Of a stretch of 64,000 bases of DNA, positions 1 to 12,870 are shown in pieces (within the stretch, counting starts at the first letter, position 1; every line of letters begins with the position of its first letter). This DNA comes from the human T2T-CHM13v2.0 reference genome, Homo sapiens. Below the pieces are notes generated by a model that was not told the origin of the DNA, ran no database searches, and worked only from the letters and a program-made list of their open reading frames with translations. A program made the translations under genes and the position numbers. Where the stretch lies: NCBI RefSeq assembly GCF_009914755.1, contig NC_060939.1, one strand, 5' to 3'.

Positions 1-544
1 AGTAGAGACTTCAAGAATCTTTGTACAAAGACTCCCGCCCACAGTACCCACCCCCTTTTTAAGTGAACACTGCAATCTAGACAGAGTGGGCTACTCAGTG
101 GTCCTCAAAGATGCCTCACTGCTTTGAGTAATGATCTTTACACATTCTAAGACCCACTCCTCAGCATCTGTCTCCCTATTTAATTCCCATTTATCTTTCC
201 AAGTCAAATCAATTGCAATGGTATCTTAGATGCTTTCCCAATTTTCCCTACTATTCTTTGCCTTAGTCAAGCCCTTTTAACAAGTATTATCTTTCTAAAT
301 TATTAAAACAAACATCTTTTCCACCTTGCAGGATCTCTCTCACTATGTACTAAGATCCTTGAATTGGGGTCAGAGCTATTTTTGTTTTTGCAAACAAGGC
401 CCAGCATGGTTCTTCCTTACACAGAGAACTATGTCTGGCATAGTGTGTGAGTCACAAATGCTCTGCCATTAATGCACGGCGCTATAGTACTCTCCCCTCC
501 TCTCCTCCCCAATGCCAGCTTCAAACACATTTTTATAAAGACAT

Positions 545-1221
545 ATCTTCCGTGTTTATTGCAATACTATTCACAATAGCCAAGATATGGAAACAACCTG
601 TATCCATCAACAGATGAATGGATAAAGAAAATGTGGTACATATACACAATAGAGTACTATTCAATCATTAAACAGAATGAGATCCCGCCATTTTCAACAA
701 CATGGATGGAACTGGAGGTCATTATGTTAAGTGAAATAAGCCAGACACAGAAAGACAGACTTTGCATGTTCTCACTCGTTTCTGGGAGCTAAAAATTAAA
801 GCAATAAACTCATCAAGATAGAGAGTAGAAAGATGGTTACCAGAGGCTGGGAAGGTAGTGGGGTAGGGGACAGGGAGTAGGAATGGTTAATGGGTACAAA
901 AAAGTAAATAGAAGCAATAAGAACTAGCACTTGATAGCACAACAGGGTGACTATAGTAAACAATAATTTATTGTACATTTTAAAATAACTAAATGAGTAC
1001 ATAAGTAACTAAATAACTAAATGAGTAAATTGGAGTGTTTGTAACACAAAGAGTAGATAGATGCCTTAGGCGATACCTCATTTACCCTGATGTGATTATT
1101 AAACATCGTATTAATGTATCAATGTGATGATTAAGCATTGTATTCCTGCATCAAAATAGCTCGTGTATCCCACAAATATATATACCTACTATGTACCCAT
1201 AAAAATTAAAAATTAAAAAAA
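545..1221 (+). mobile_element. LINE-1 3' fragment (L1MA-type): end of ORF2, 3'UTR and A-rich tail
   Basis: Contains L1 ORF2-end text (ttcacaatagccaagatatggaa...gaactggaggtcattatgttaagtgaaataagccag), an L1MA-like 3'UTR (atggttaccagaggctgggaag) and an A-rich tail at 1201-1221. Confidence 0.85.
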
Positions 1222-2966
1222 GTTATGTAGCCTCTGAGGAAAATGATTTGAAAGACACTGTTTTGGTTTCATAAACTTTTAGGAGTCAAATGGGTTACTA
1301 AATTGGTGTGCAGATGATTGATTGTGTCAAAAATGACACCTGATATTGAGAATTATACATATTGAATGAAATACACCTGATTCTAATGAACATGAAATTA
1401 TTTTCACGGCATAAATAAGCCTTCTTCCTCGCCATCAAAATCTTGACCTTATGCAATAAAACAATAAGTGCTTCAAGGAGAGAACGAAATGTGAGTGATA
1501 GGAAATGTGAGTGATAGGAACTTTTAAAAACTTGCACTGTCTTGCTTTATACATTAAGGCTTAAAGAGTTATGAAGTGACGCAAGCAAAGAACTTGTTTG
1601 GTGAAGGGGTTCAGAATCCTGAAAAATTACTTGTTGCCGTGTAGAAAGGTCCTATAATTCATGAGCACATTTCAGCGTCTAATGCAGTTTGTGATACTTT
1701 ATAATCCTTACACATTCCATAGCCCCAGCTCTCTGAAGGTTAGACCTAAGGGATACACTTCAGAAAAGTTACATAAACAACTGTGAACCTTAGGCAGGCA
1801 AAATGTACACTTTGAACATGTTGAAACTCTCCATATTAAGTCAGTTTAGCACTTTGATTAAAGAGTTTAATCAATCACCATCCTAAGCTGTTTATTAATC
1901 ACTTTATCAAGCAGTTGATGCATTGCCGGTTTTAATAGAATCCATTTATTTTGATTTCTACCTACTTCATCTTTCCAAAGGGCTTTTCGAATCAGCTGTG
2001 ATAAAAAAGGAGAGGGAGAGGGAGAAGGAGAGAAAAAGAGAGTAGGAGAGCGTGGTTGCCTCTAAAACCCGGCCAGAAATCTCTAACTGCACCTAAGCGT
2101 ACTTCATTATCAATGCCCTACCACGACTTGGCCAATTTATTACCAGTAAAAAAAACGCTCTGGGGAGTGAATGTTTGGGTGAACCACACGGTTTAGCTCA
2201 GATAAACACAGGCCATTCGTTTGCTTTCACACCTGACACCCTCATGATATACGATCCTAATAAGATTAATCTCCACCCACCCCTCCAAGCCCCTCTTTGT
2301 TCCAACCTATTTGTGATCTTCCACTTTTCTTCATGGACATTTTCCCCAACTTGGGTTATAATTTGTGGTTAGAGTTAAAGCCCTTGTTTCCTCACTACAA
2401 GGAAAACAAGATTTGTGGGAAGAAAACATTTGTTATGTGGCTTAAATTTTACTCAGAGGCTCTTACGTTCCTATGCCTTTAGCATAAAAGGAAGTGGGTC
2501 TTGGAAGACATCCATGCAGCCAAACACATCAAGTCTGAAAGCTGGATCATAAACACGGTGTGAGCCTGACGGTGTCCTGAACGTCATTCCCATTCTCCCT
2601 CGGTATTCTTCTCTACCAATGCCAGGAGTTTAGAAGGGATAATGGTTATCTGCATTTCCTTTTATTCTATTATTGTTGGCTGAGTTCATAGAGATGACAA
2701 ATATCATACAGATAAACATTTTAACTGTGTATTTTATCTATCTCTAGTTAAAAAAATTTCAAAAACGTCTTCCTCCATATATTCCTCAAGAGGAAAATGA
2801 TGTTATGGGGGACATTATCTTTTAATGTTAGTATCATGGGCAGGGAGAAATAATTCAACATTTGTGTGTATCTTTGTATGCCACTGCCTATGGAAGATAT
2901 TTCCTGTATATTGTTCCACATCATTTTGATAATAGCTCCAAGCACTATAATTTCTGTGTTTAGGAG

Positions 2967-3048
2967 CAGTGTTTTCCAAAACAGTAGTCCCTAGACATGT
3001 GTGGCTACTGAAGACTTGAAATGTAGCTGATTCAAATTTAGATGTGAT
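2967..3048. mobile_element. hAT-Charlie DNA transposon fragment (MER3/MER33-like)
   Basis: acatgtgtggctactgaagacttgaaatgtagct resembles the MER3 core. Confidence 0.5.
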
Positions 3049-3060
3049 CTCATAGAGGAT

Positions 3061-3452
3061 TATATTAGGTCATTCTTGCAGTGCTATAAAGAAATACCTG
3101 AGACTGGCAAAAAGAGGTTTAATCGGCTTCTGTTCCTTGGGCTGTACAGGGAACATAGCGGCATCTGGGGAGGCCTCAGGGAGCTCCCAATCATGGCAGA
3201 AGGCAAAGAGGCAGCAGGCACATCACGTGGAGAAAGCAGGACAGAGGAAGGGAGGTGTCATGCACTTTAAACAGCCAGATCTTGTCCAAAGTCACTCACT
3301 ATCAAGAGGACAGAGCCATAGGGATGGCACTAAACCACTCAAGAGAAATCCATCCCCATGATCCAATCACCTCCCAGCAGGCCCCACCTCCAATACTGGG
3401 GATTATAGCTCAACATGAGATTTGGATGGGGACGCAGATCCAAACTATCTCA
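3061..3452 (-). mobile_element. MaLR solo LTR (MSTA/MSTB)
   Basis: Runs from tatattaggtcattcttgcagtgctataaagaaatacctgagactgg to catgagatttggatggggacgcagatccaaactatctca. Flanks aggat/aagat match 4/5 as a TSD. Confidence 0.85.
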
Positions 3453-3614
3453 AAGATGAAGGATGTGGATTTGATTTAAAACCCTAGGAATGACCCTATC
3501 ATACAGAAACTCTTTATGGAGGAGATTACGTAGATCGTGTAAGCTGTTTCACATCATCTTTTTTTTTTTTTTTTTTTTTTTTTTCATAAAAACTAGGAGA
3601 GTATGGTGTTCTTA

Positions 3615-4740
3615 CTTTTATTGAGCAGACACTATACTAGGTGGCAGGGGTTTGGAGACAAGCAGAACAGTCCCTGCTTTCAAGTGGCTACAGTCCAATT
3701 GAGGGGAAGACCAAAAACAAAAAATTGCTATTTAAAATGATAAAGCAATACACAAGGCATAATGGTACCAGAGAAGAGGGAACTAAACTTTCTGGAGGTG
3801 GAGTATAAGAAGATGGGAAGAGGTCAAGGGTTTTCTAGTGCACGGTATGCCTAATCCAAGGGGTAAAAGATCCATTTGAAGAATACCTTGCACATTACTC
3901 TGTAGACCCGGGGAGGGAGTTGGGAGATTGCATGTGGGACCGAATCAGAGAGGGAAGGAGAGCTCTTCCGGGTAGGGGCACAGCTTAGGCAGAGACATGC
4001 AAATAGGGAACCAGCATGGAGTGTAAAGGGAATGACAGAAAACAGAGGTAGAAATTAGGAGAGGCTTCCTTATGGGAAGTTCTGAGTGCTATGTGAAGGA
4101 TTTTACCCTTTATTCTGTACCTTAGGAGAACGCATTGCCAGGTTATAAATGGAGACATGTGATCAGATTTGTATTTAAGATCTATCATTCTGGTGGCGGA
4201 GGATGGTAGCAGTTCATGTGAGAAAGGACAGGGAATTGGAAAGAGGCTCCAGATTCAAGACACAGCCAGAAAGTGAAGTCAGCAGAAGCTAGCCATGGAT
4301 TGGCTATGGGGACCCACAGCAGGCTGTCTGATTTGGGAGACTGAGTTTGTGATCAGGTAAGTGGAAGCAGGCTTAGGGGAAAATATTGGGGCTTTCAGTT
4401 TTTGCTGAATTTGGATTATTTGTGGACAGCCAGTTTGGCAGAGCCAGTTGGTGGCTGGTTATTTCACTCTGCAGATTGAGGGCCAGTCTTGAGCTGGCAA
4501 TGGCAATACCAGAGTCAGTCATGCACTGAAGGCTCATGAGGCTCTGGGATAGGTGGGAGCATCGCCCAAAGGGAGGAGAGGTCAAGAACCACAGCCTGGG
4601 AGAGGCTGACTAATAGTGTCCCTAGCAGCTGAGAGCTCTGGCTAGATGACAGCTAAGCTGGATCTGTTGGCTTTGGCAAGAAGGAGATCATTAAGTATTA
4701 GAACGCAGATCACAGAACATTCATGAGTCACCGGAAGTGG
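3615..4740 (-). mobile_element. Degenerate LINE-2 fragments
   Basis: L2 3'-end-like text (tttattgagcagacactatactagg...gtccctgctttcaag) followed by purine-rich L2-like sequence. Boundaries approximate. Confidence 0.5.
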
Positions 4741-4826
4741 GCAAGTGGAGAACTTGAAAGAAGTTCAGTTGAGAAGGGCAGAGAAGAGACTGACAGCTTC
4801 TAGAAAGAGGCAGAGAGTCAGGGAGA

Positions 4827-5113
4827 TTTTTTTTTTTGAGACGGAGTCTCACTCTGTTGCCCAGGGTGAAGTGCAGTGGCACAATCGCGGCTCACTGAAA
4901 GCTCCATCTCCCGGGTTCACACCATTCTCCTGCCTCAGCCTCCCGAGTAGCTGGGACTACAGGCACCCGCCACCACGCCCGGCTAATTTTTTGTTTTTGT
5001 ATTTTTAGTAGAGACAGGATTTCACCGTGTTAGCCAGGATGGTCTCCATCTCCTGACCTTGTGATCTGCCTGCCCTGGCCTCCCAAAGGCTGGGACTACA
5101 GGCATGAGCCTCC
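4827..5113 (-). mobile_element. AluY
   Basis: Poly-T start and AluY diagnostics (ttcacaccattctcctgcc, ttcaccgtgttagccaggatggtctc). Confidence 0.93.
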
Positions 5114-6632
5114 ACGATTCAAGGGGGATTTTTAACAATATATTTATTTTTAATAAGGCAGAGGCCTAAGAAAGTCTTTAAGACAAAGAGTACAAGCCAG
5201 GAAGTGACTTCTAATACACTTAGCCCCTGTAGGTAAAAAGTAAAAAAAAAAAAAAAAGGTCAAAGTCTAAGGCCCAAGTTGGAGGTTTGATTTTGAACAG
5301 GCAGGTCCCAATGGCTGACTCTGAGCCAGAGCTAAGGGAGCTGGGGTGGATGTAGTTATAAATGTGTGTTTGTAGACAGCACAGAAGATTGTTGACAAAG
5401 GAAGTAAGATTGTCCGCTGTGAGGTGATGGGGCTTGATGATACTAGGGAAGGTCTGCACTGGCCAATAGGAGCAAAGGAGTAGTAACTGATCAAAAACAA
5501 GTTAAAGAGTTGGTGAGCAATGCTGAGTGGTGGAGTGGAGCTCAGGCATGCAGCTATAGGAGCGTGAGGACAGAATATAGCATGGCTTCAGGTCGGCATT
5601 TGGCTGGCTCACTTGAGTTGAAAGTTGTGGCTGCAGGAGAATAAAAGGGGCTGGTGAAAGAGTGAGTTAAATCGCCATCATGGGACCCAGGCTGGGCTGG
5701 GAAAGAGGAGGAGCCAAACAGTAATGGATTGAGGTAATTGGAGGGATTGAGGGATAGGGTGCTCCTGTCAGTTTAAAGAACAAGCATTGTTGATTTATTT
5801 AAATTCCCTTGATTGATTACTCCTAATTTTCTAAAGAAGAAATCGAGGCATAAAGTGCTACATCTGAAAGAGAGTAGCACTAAGTTGTGGCCATTCTGAG
5901 TTTAGGGTAAATTATGACATTTGCATTTTTGTATACCTAGTAAAACAAATAGGTATTAAAGAAATGTGAATGTAGCAAAATATAGACCTGTATCTTTAGC
6001 AGGCTAGCCTACAAGTTTATACTGGCCACACTGTTAGAGATAGAAATGAGAAATCTGCACAGAAAGTGAAAATGCTATGGTAATTTATTATATTACCTAA
6101 ATGTCACATGAATCAATTATTGTCTTCTAATACCTTAGATTTGACCTCTGCTACTTCTAAGACTTCGGTCAGGCAACTGACCCCTGAGAGCCTTTCCAGG
6201 ACCCTCAGAAGGAAAGTGGCAGTTTGGTTTTTACGGCCTTGCAGTGTATGGAGATGGTTACCACAGCTCCCATTGTTTTAGAGCAGTTCTTAGATTGGAC
6301 AGCAGTAACTGAGTCTGATAGATGCTTGTATACCAGTAGCTACCTCTGGCTATTGTGCGCAGGAGGTGTTCCATAAATACTTTTCAAACAAAAGAATGAA
6401 GGAGCATAAAAGGAAAGAATTAAAGTAGGTAATATATGAGAATTCTTCCTGCTCAGGTGTCTCTGATTGGTTGTCATGGATTCTTCAAATGCTTCTGTGA
6501 TACATCATAAAGATCATGTTGGTTCTCTTCAATCTGGCCACCCTAACTTGTGGATTGCTGAGAAATCCCCAAAACCCATAGGGATGGGATGTTAACTCGA
6601 GAAGTCTTGATATCTTTCTCTCCAACTTACTG

Positions 6633-6664
<32 letters not shown>

Positions 6665-7932
6665 GGTAAGCCTCTAGCCCATCTCTGCCAAAATTCATTC
6701 CCTGATCAATAAGTTTTATTCTCCTTCCCTACAAAGATCACACTCAGTCTCATACCAAGAGACACAACCCATAGTCTTATCCAGTTTTGCATCCTGCATC
6801 CAATATGTCCAAGATGCACATTCTTCTCCATCAGGTCTGGAAATAGCTTCCATGGACTAGTGATATATGAATTAAAAAGAAAAGTAACCTGATCCCCTCC
6901 CCTATATGCTCATCCTAAAACACAGAACAGGAAAAGCAGAGCACAGCAATCATGAGTCCATAACATCCCTGAAATCCCACACATTGGACAAACAATGTGA
7001 GGATTCCTTAAGCTTGGGCAAAGGACTTATTTGTTTAGGCTCGGTTCTGCTGTCTGGGAGTAGCTCCTTGGCCTCAGGAATTGATCTCATGGGTCCTACT
7101 CCACCCTATGGGAACTTCCTATTCTCCTCCTAGGCCACATTAGGGTGTTGAGGAAGTTTGCTTATTTGAGGGTAGCCCTGTTTTTGCAGTCTACTTTCAA
7201 CCCAAGGATGGTTCTAGGGCTCTGTCAAACAACTCCAATCTCTTTAGGCTAGTTTTGTGGTTTCTTTGGCAACAAAATTCATTTAGAAACTCAGTGGGAC
7301 TCTGACATATTTATTTCTCATTTAGTTAGGTGTATCGGTAGCCACACCCAAAGCTCTTTCTGGATTTTGTGCCATTTTTTTTTTTGCCCTAGTTCTTAAA
7401 AGTTTCTCTTAATTTACTGATGGGTTCCTTGAGTGGAAGACCACACCCTTCATCCGATCTGTCTTTTAAGGCTGAGACAACTGTTCAACTGGGAAATATC
7501 ACCTGGTCTTTGTCCCAGTAAGACTGTCATAATTCCACAGTTTACTCTTCATGGTCTAGAAATAGTTGTGTTTTCCTGCAAGTCTTCATATATTTGAACT
7601 GTATTCTAATCATTTCTGCTTATAAAGTCATCAATGAGTTCAGCTCTTTCATCAATTATCTTGCCAAATGCAGCCAGTAACAACCAACAATGTGCACCAC
7701 ATTTTGCTTTCCAACATCTTTCCCTAGTGGAACAAGCTCAGTAAGCATGTGGTTTACCTTCCAAGTTATAGCAGCTAGTGGTTTTACAGAATATTTTGCC
7801 ACTACCTGACATGGATTTCCAGCCAATCATATCTTTTTCTTTACCAACTTACTCCTAAGCCAATGTGATAAAATTGAAATGTTTTGACAGCTCTCAAGTT
7901 CAAACTGCCATATTCTATACTAAGGAGGGCTA

Positions 7933-8739
7933 TAGTAGTTCCCCCTTATCCATGGTTTTGCTTTCTGAGATTTTGATTACCCACAGTCAACTGTGGTCCA
8001 AAACTATTAAACGGGAAATTCTAGAAATACACAACTCTTACGTTTTAAACTGCGTGCCATTTTGAGTAGTGTGATGAACTCTCATGCCACCGCACTCCAT
8101 GAACTCTCACGTCATCCCACTCCATCCCACCTAGGACATGAATCATCCAGCATATCCAGGCCATATATACTTACTGCCCCTTAGTCTTCAACATTGTCTG
8201 ATTCTGACATCCTACCATCAACATTGTCATGGCTTGATGATCTGAGATCACCCAAAGCAGATGGTCCTCTTTCTCATCTATCAGCAGAAGGTCAATAGTA
8301 GCCTAACACTATCCACAATGCCTATGTCATTTACCTCACTTCATCTCTTCACATAGACCTTTATCATCTCATGTTATCTCAAGAAGAAGGGTGAGTGCAG
8401 TACAACAAGTTATTTTGAAAGCAAGAGAGAGACCACTTTCACATAGCTTTTATTACACTATATTGTTATAACTGTTGTATTTTATAAGAAAAAAATTATT
8501 TTTATTTTATTTTATTTTTTCTTATTTTTATTAGAACAATTTTATTTTATTAGAACAATTTTATTTTATTTGTTCATCTCTTACTGTCCCTAATTTATAA
8601 ATTAAACTTTATCATAGGTATGCATTATAGAAAAAAATAACATTTCTATGTTATTTTTTCTATGTTCCTTACTATCTGTGGTTTCAGGTATTCACTGGTG
8701 GTCTTGAAATGTATCCCCCACTGATAAGCAGGACTACCG
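7933..8739 (+). mobile_element. Tigger7-family non-autonomous DNA transposon (MER44C/D-like)
   Basis: Terminal inverted repeats (t)agtagttcccccttatc ... gataagcaggactaccg, with TA on both flanks (7931-7932, 8740-8741). MER44 internal text is present. Confidence 0.85.
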
Positions 8740-8799
8740 TATTCAAAATCTGAAAATTCAGTAAATTCAAAGAGTAAATGCTGATTACTTCCTCATATT

Positions 8800-9090
8800 A
8801 CTGTCTAATATGATTAGTAGTGAAGAGGGTATTTTCTCATGTAGTCACTCAGAGACTCTAAGCTGCTTCCATCTTGTAATTCTGCCATCGTCAAACAAAT
8901 GGCCGTCAAGGCCTGTGTGGAAAAGGAAAATTCACGATGGAGCATCCCAGGTGGGTTGACATCAGGCAGTGAACATCACTTTCAGTCTAATGTCATTGGC
9001 TAGAACTCTATCACATGGTTCCAACCTAAACCCAAGGGAATCTGGGAAAAGTAGTTTAAGTTGTATGCCCAGGAAGAAGAAACCAGCTTT
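8800..9090. mobile_element. Old MaLR LTR fragment (MLT1J/K-like)
   Basis: tcattggctagaactctatcacatgg...gggaatctgggaaaagtagt...tgcccaggaagaag is typical MLT1 text. Confidence 0.55.
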
Positions 9091-9142
9091 CTATTAATCC
9101 TTTGCCATCCAGTTTCTACTTTATCTTAAAATGAGTATACCT

Positions 9143-9518
<376 letters not shown>

Positions 9519-10162
9519 TTATTTACTTCCTATAAGTAAATGGTACACCTGATATTTCTTATAAGGTACCAAATAATTTGGTTTCCTTCCTAAACTATCT
9601 CAAACATTATTTGGTAGCTTAGGGATTCACCAAACTTTTCCTTTTGACAATGCTGAGCTAAGAGTTGAACATTTTAAAAAGATGAACATTCTCTAATTTT
9701 GCAGTCAAGTACTTTTCTTTTTATTCGAAATCCTATAAAGATGAGAATATTGCATTGTTATAGAGACTATAACAATCTTCAGATTATTCACTCATTTCTT
9801 TACTCACTCATTTAACAAATGTTTGTCAAGTATTTAAAAATGTGAGAGGCTTTATGCTAAATGCATACAGTATATTCTTCTTATTCTTAGATTTGAGTTA
9901 TTTAGACTGCATACATTCATTGGGCCCTAATATATGTTAGGAACTGGGGAAACAAAGATAAATGTCAAGTTCATGTCTTCAAAGGGCCCATTGTAGGCAT
10001 GTGATAGTCAGGTAAGCCAGGGTTTCCATTGACTTGTAAGTGGTATGACAGAGCCATATCCTAGGGGCATAGCCTGGAAATGGTGTGGGAGCATACAAAA
10101 GTCTGAAGTCTGTGACAAGTAAACCAAGCCTTGATAAGCAAGTAACTGTTATTTGAAGAAAG

Positions 10163-10460
10163 AAGGCAGGAGGATCACTTGAGGCCAGGAGTTCAAGACC
10201 ATGCTGGGCAACATAGCAAGATCCCATCTCTACCAAAAGTTATATATAAAAAATTAGCTAGACGAGGTGGTGTGCACCTATACTCCCAGCTACTCAGGGC
10301 GCCAAGGCAAGAGAGTGGCTTGAGACCAGGAGTTTCAGACTGCAGGGACCTATGATCTTACCACTGCATTATTCCACATTCCAGCCTGGGCAACAGAGCA
10401 AGATCCTATCTCTCCCCCTGCCAAAAAAAAAAAAAAAAAAAAAAAAAAGAACAAGAAAAA
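10163..10460 (+). mobile_element. AluJ, 5'-truncated
   Basis: J diagnostics (ggaggatcacttgaggccaggag, gggcaacatagcaag) and a long poly-A tail. Confidence 0.85.
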
Positions 10461-10784
10461 GAAAGGAGAAGAAAGGAATTTCAGAAAGAGAAAGCTATGT
10501 ATTTAAGGCACAAAGGTGAAGCAGAGAGAAGAAAGGTGAAGCAGAGACTGACCAGAGGGCAGGACGTGAGTGACAAAGTGAGATCCCTCAAAGGGTTGCC
10601 AAATTATTAGCTGCACAGAGATGCGAGAGACAGGTCTTGAGGATCCACAGTGTCCAGTTAAGAAATTGAGACTTGAGTCTGAAGGTCAGGGGGCTTTGAA
10701 ATACCTTTAATTATGCAAATAATAAGGTCAGAGCTATAGGGAACTTTGCCATGAACATGATATTAAGGAAGATAGCAAAGTAGC

Positions 10785-10980
10785 GGATATCTAGTGAGAT
10801 CTCACTGCAAGCCAGGCACTGCTACAAGTGCATCACATAGAGTAAGCTATAGACTTTTCACAATAGCTTTTGGAAGATGGGGCCTCTCTTGTATTGATTT
10901 TGTAGATGTGGAACTGAAGTTCAAATAGTTTCTGTGATTCAACCAAGCTCATACAGCTCACAAGAATTGGAGGTAACAGT
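10785..10980 (-). mobile_element. MIR fragment
   Basis: gccaggcactgctacaagtg...ttttgtagatgtggaactgaag resembles the MIR core. Confidence 0.55.
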
Positions 10981-11048
10981 AATGACCACATAAGAATAAC
11001 AGCAAATGATTATGAGAGCTACCACTTACATATCATGGATGTATTGGA

Positions 11049-11075
11049 GTGTGTGTGTGTGTGTGTGTGTGTGTG
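11049..11075. repeat. (GT)n microsatellite
   Basis: Seen directly. Confidence 0.95.
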
Positions 11076-12099
11076 CGTCTTTCTCCTTGAGGAAACTGAT
11101 GATTCATGAGTTAGCTTCCCCACAGCCCCAAAGGTCTCACAACCCCAGGTGATACAGAAGGGATATCAACTAAGGCCCATGTTACTGCAAAGCTCAGTTA
11201 CATGCATATCCTCCCCCACTTCAAGCTTGTAGTGGCAGAAGAAGGGACAGACTAAAACTTGAGAGATCTTCTTCCTTCCAGTCTGTTTAAGCAGCCACTC
11301 ACCGACCTCAGCACCAGCCAGTTAACTTCTGTGGGCCTCCTTCGGTCTCACTTTAAGTCAAGGGTGTTAAATAAAATCTGTTGCAAATTCCTTCCAGTTG
11401 TACACTATTCCCTGCTAGCTTTGGAAGCTCTAGCTTGCAAGGAGAAAGGCTGGTAGTTGACATGTACATATGGCCAGGGAGGAAAGGGGAAGGCCAGCCA
11501 AAAATGCCAGTGGTCATCTTACCTTTGTCCCCTCTGCAGCCTTAGACCATGATCATCAGAGCCAGGAGTTGAAGCCACGACCATGTCTCACTCTCCTTTT
11601 TGCTCATTCCCTTCTCCATCACTCTCACATTACAGGCAGTGAAGGGTGACTGCCTCCGAGCTCTCTTGTCACCTTGGCCTGGGGCCTGCACAGCTGTGTC
11701 ACCCATCGTCCAACAGTAAATCCACTTCCAACTGGCTCGCCCCTGGTGCAGCACAGTTACAGAAGCCTCTGAGCAGCGGTTCCAGAAATATTAATTACGT
11801 CTGAACAAGGCTGCCGAGCAGCTCGATTACAGGCTCCCTGGGTGAGGGATCTGTGGCCCAGCTGTGAAAGCCATTTCCAGGCGACTATCAATTGTGAGGA
11901 AATGGCCATCCAGCTGATTTGTGGTGGATCCAAAAATGCTAATTAAGAGATGGACACCACTGTCAAGCAGCAGCTCGTGGACTCCCTAGGAATTTGCAGC
12001 AGAAGGCTCTGAGAACTGGAAATGTGCTTCTGTTGTGTGGCTTTTTGTTTTCATTTCATATTCTGTATTCAGGAGAAACAAAGTACTTCTAGTGCTTGC

Positions 12100-12186
12100 C
12101 TACCTTCCTTCTTCCTTTCTTTTCTTCCTTCCCCATTTCTCCCCTCCCTTCCTCCTCCCCTCTCTTCCCCTTCCTTCTTTTCTTTC
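12100..12186. repeat. CT-rich polypyrimidine low-complexity tract
   Basis: About 85 bp of almost pure C/T. Confidence 0.9.
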
Positions 12187-12669
12187 ATGTTGTATCAAGC
12201 CATCTGCTGAAGATGGCACTCTGATAGCATTCCAGAAGCACCTGAAGTCTTGGGATTTCTTAGGAAGACACAGAGCTATGTTGGGGCTTCTGTTGAAATC
12301 CTTTAGATGCAGAGTTCTGCAGATCTGGGTTCAAACCCATTTTCAAAAGTTGGTCACTCCTGGAGCTAACATCATCTTCAAAAATACACCCAATCATGCA
12401 GAGGGTATTTGATGGCAACATTTCCTTATGTTATCTCTGTACTATCAAAAGGATGGAATCTAATTCCATTTCTGCCTCATTGAGACTGCAGTGGAGCACT
12501 GGGGCCCTGACTTCTCTCCTAGGAGGGTTCAGGATCTCCCAGTGTCTGCTCCATTCCCACACTTGCCTTAGAAACTGGCTCTTCTTTTCCTCATTACAGT
12601 TATCTGTATGGAGTTTCTACTTCCCCAACACAAGTGCCTCTGCTGCCCAGCCTGGCTTAGTGGTTACAA

Positions 12670-12870
12670 GCACAACTTGCCTGGATTCCAATCGTGTATC
12701 TTTCACGTAACAGTTATATGACCTAAGGCAAAGGTAGTTAACGTCTATAAGCCTCAGTTTGCTTACATGTGAAAGAGAGGGATAGTAACAGTACCTACTT
12801 CCTAGAGTTATATTAGATCATCTCTATAAGGTACCTGGCATGTAGCAAGTGTTCTACAAAGGTTGCCTAT
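12670..12870 (+). mobile_element. MIR
   Basis: aagcctcagtttgcttacatgtgaaa...gatagtaacagtacctacttcctagagtt...gtacctggcatgtagcaagtg matches the MIR core and 3' end. Confidence 0.7.

Noticed and set aside
11520-11850. Possible + strand exon (ccctctgcag acceptor near 11539, gtgagg donor near 11843)
   Set aside because: Splice-like motifs alone are too common; there is no open frame or partner exon, and transcript data would be needed.
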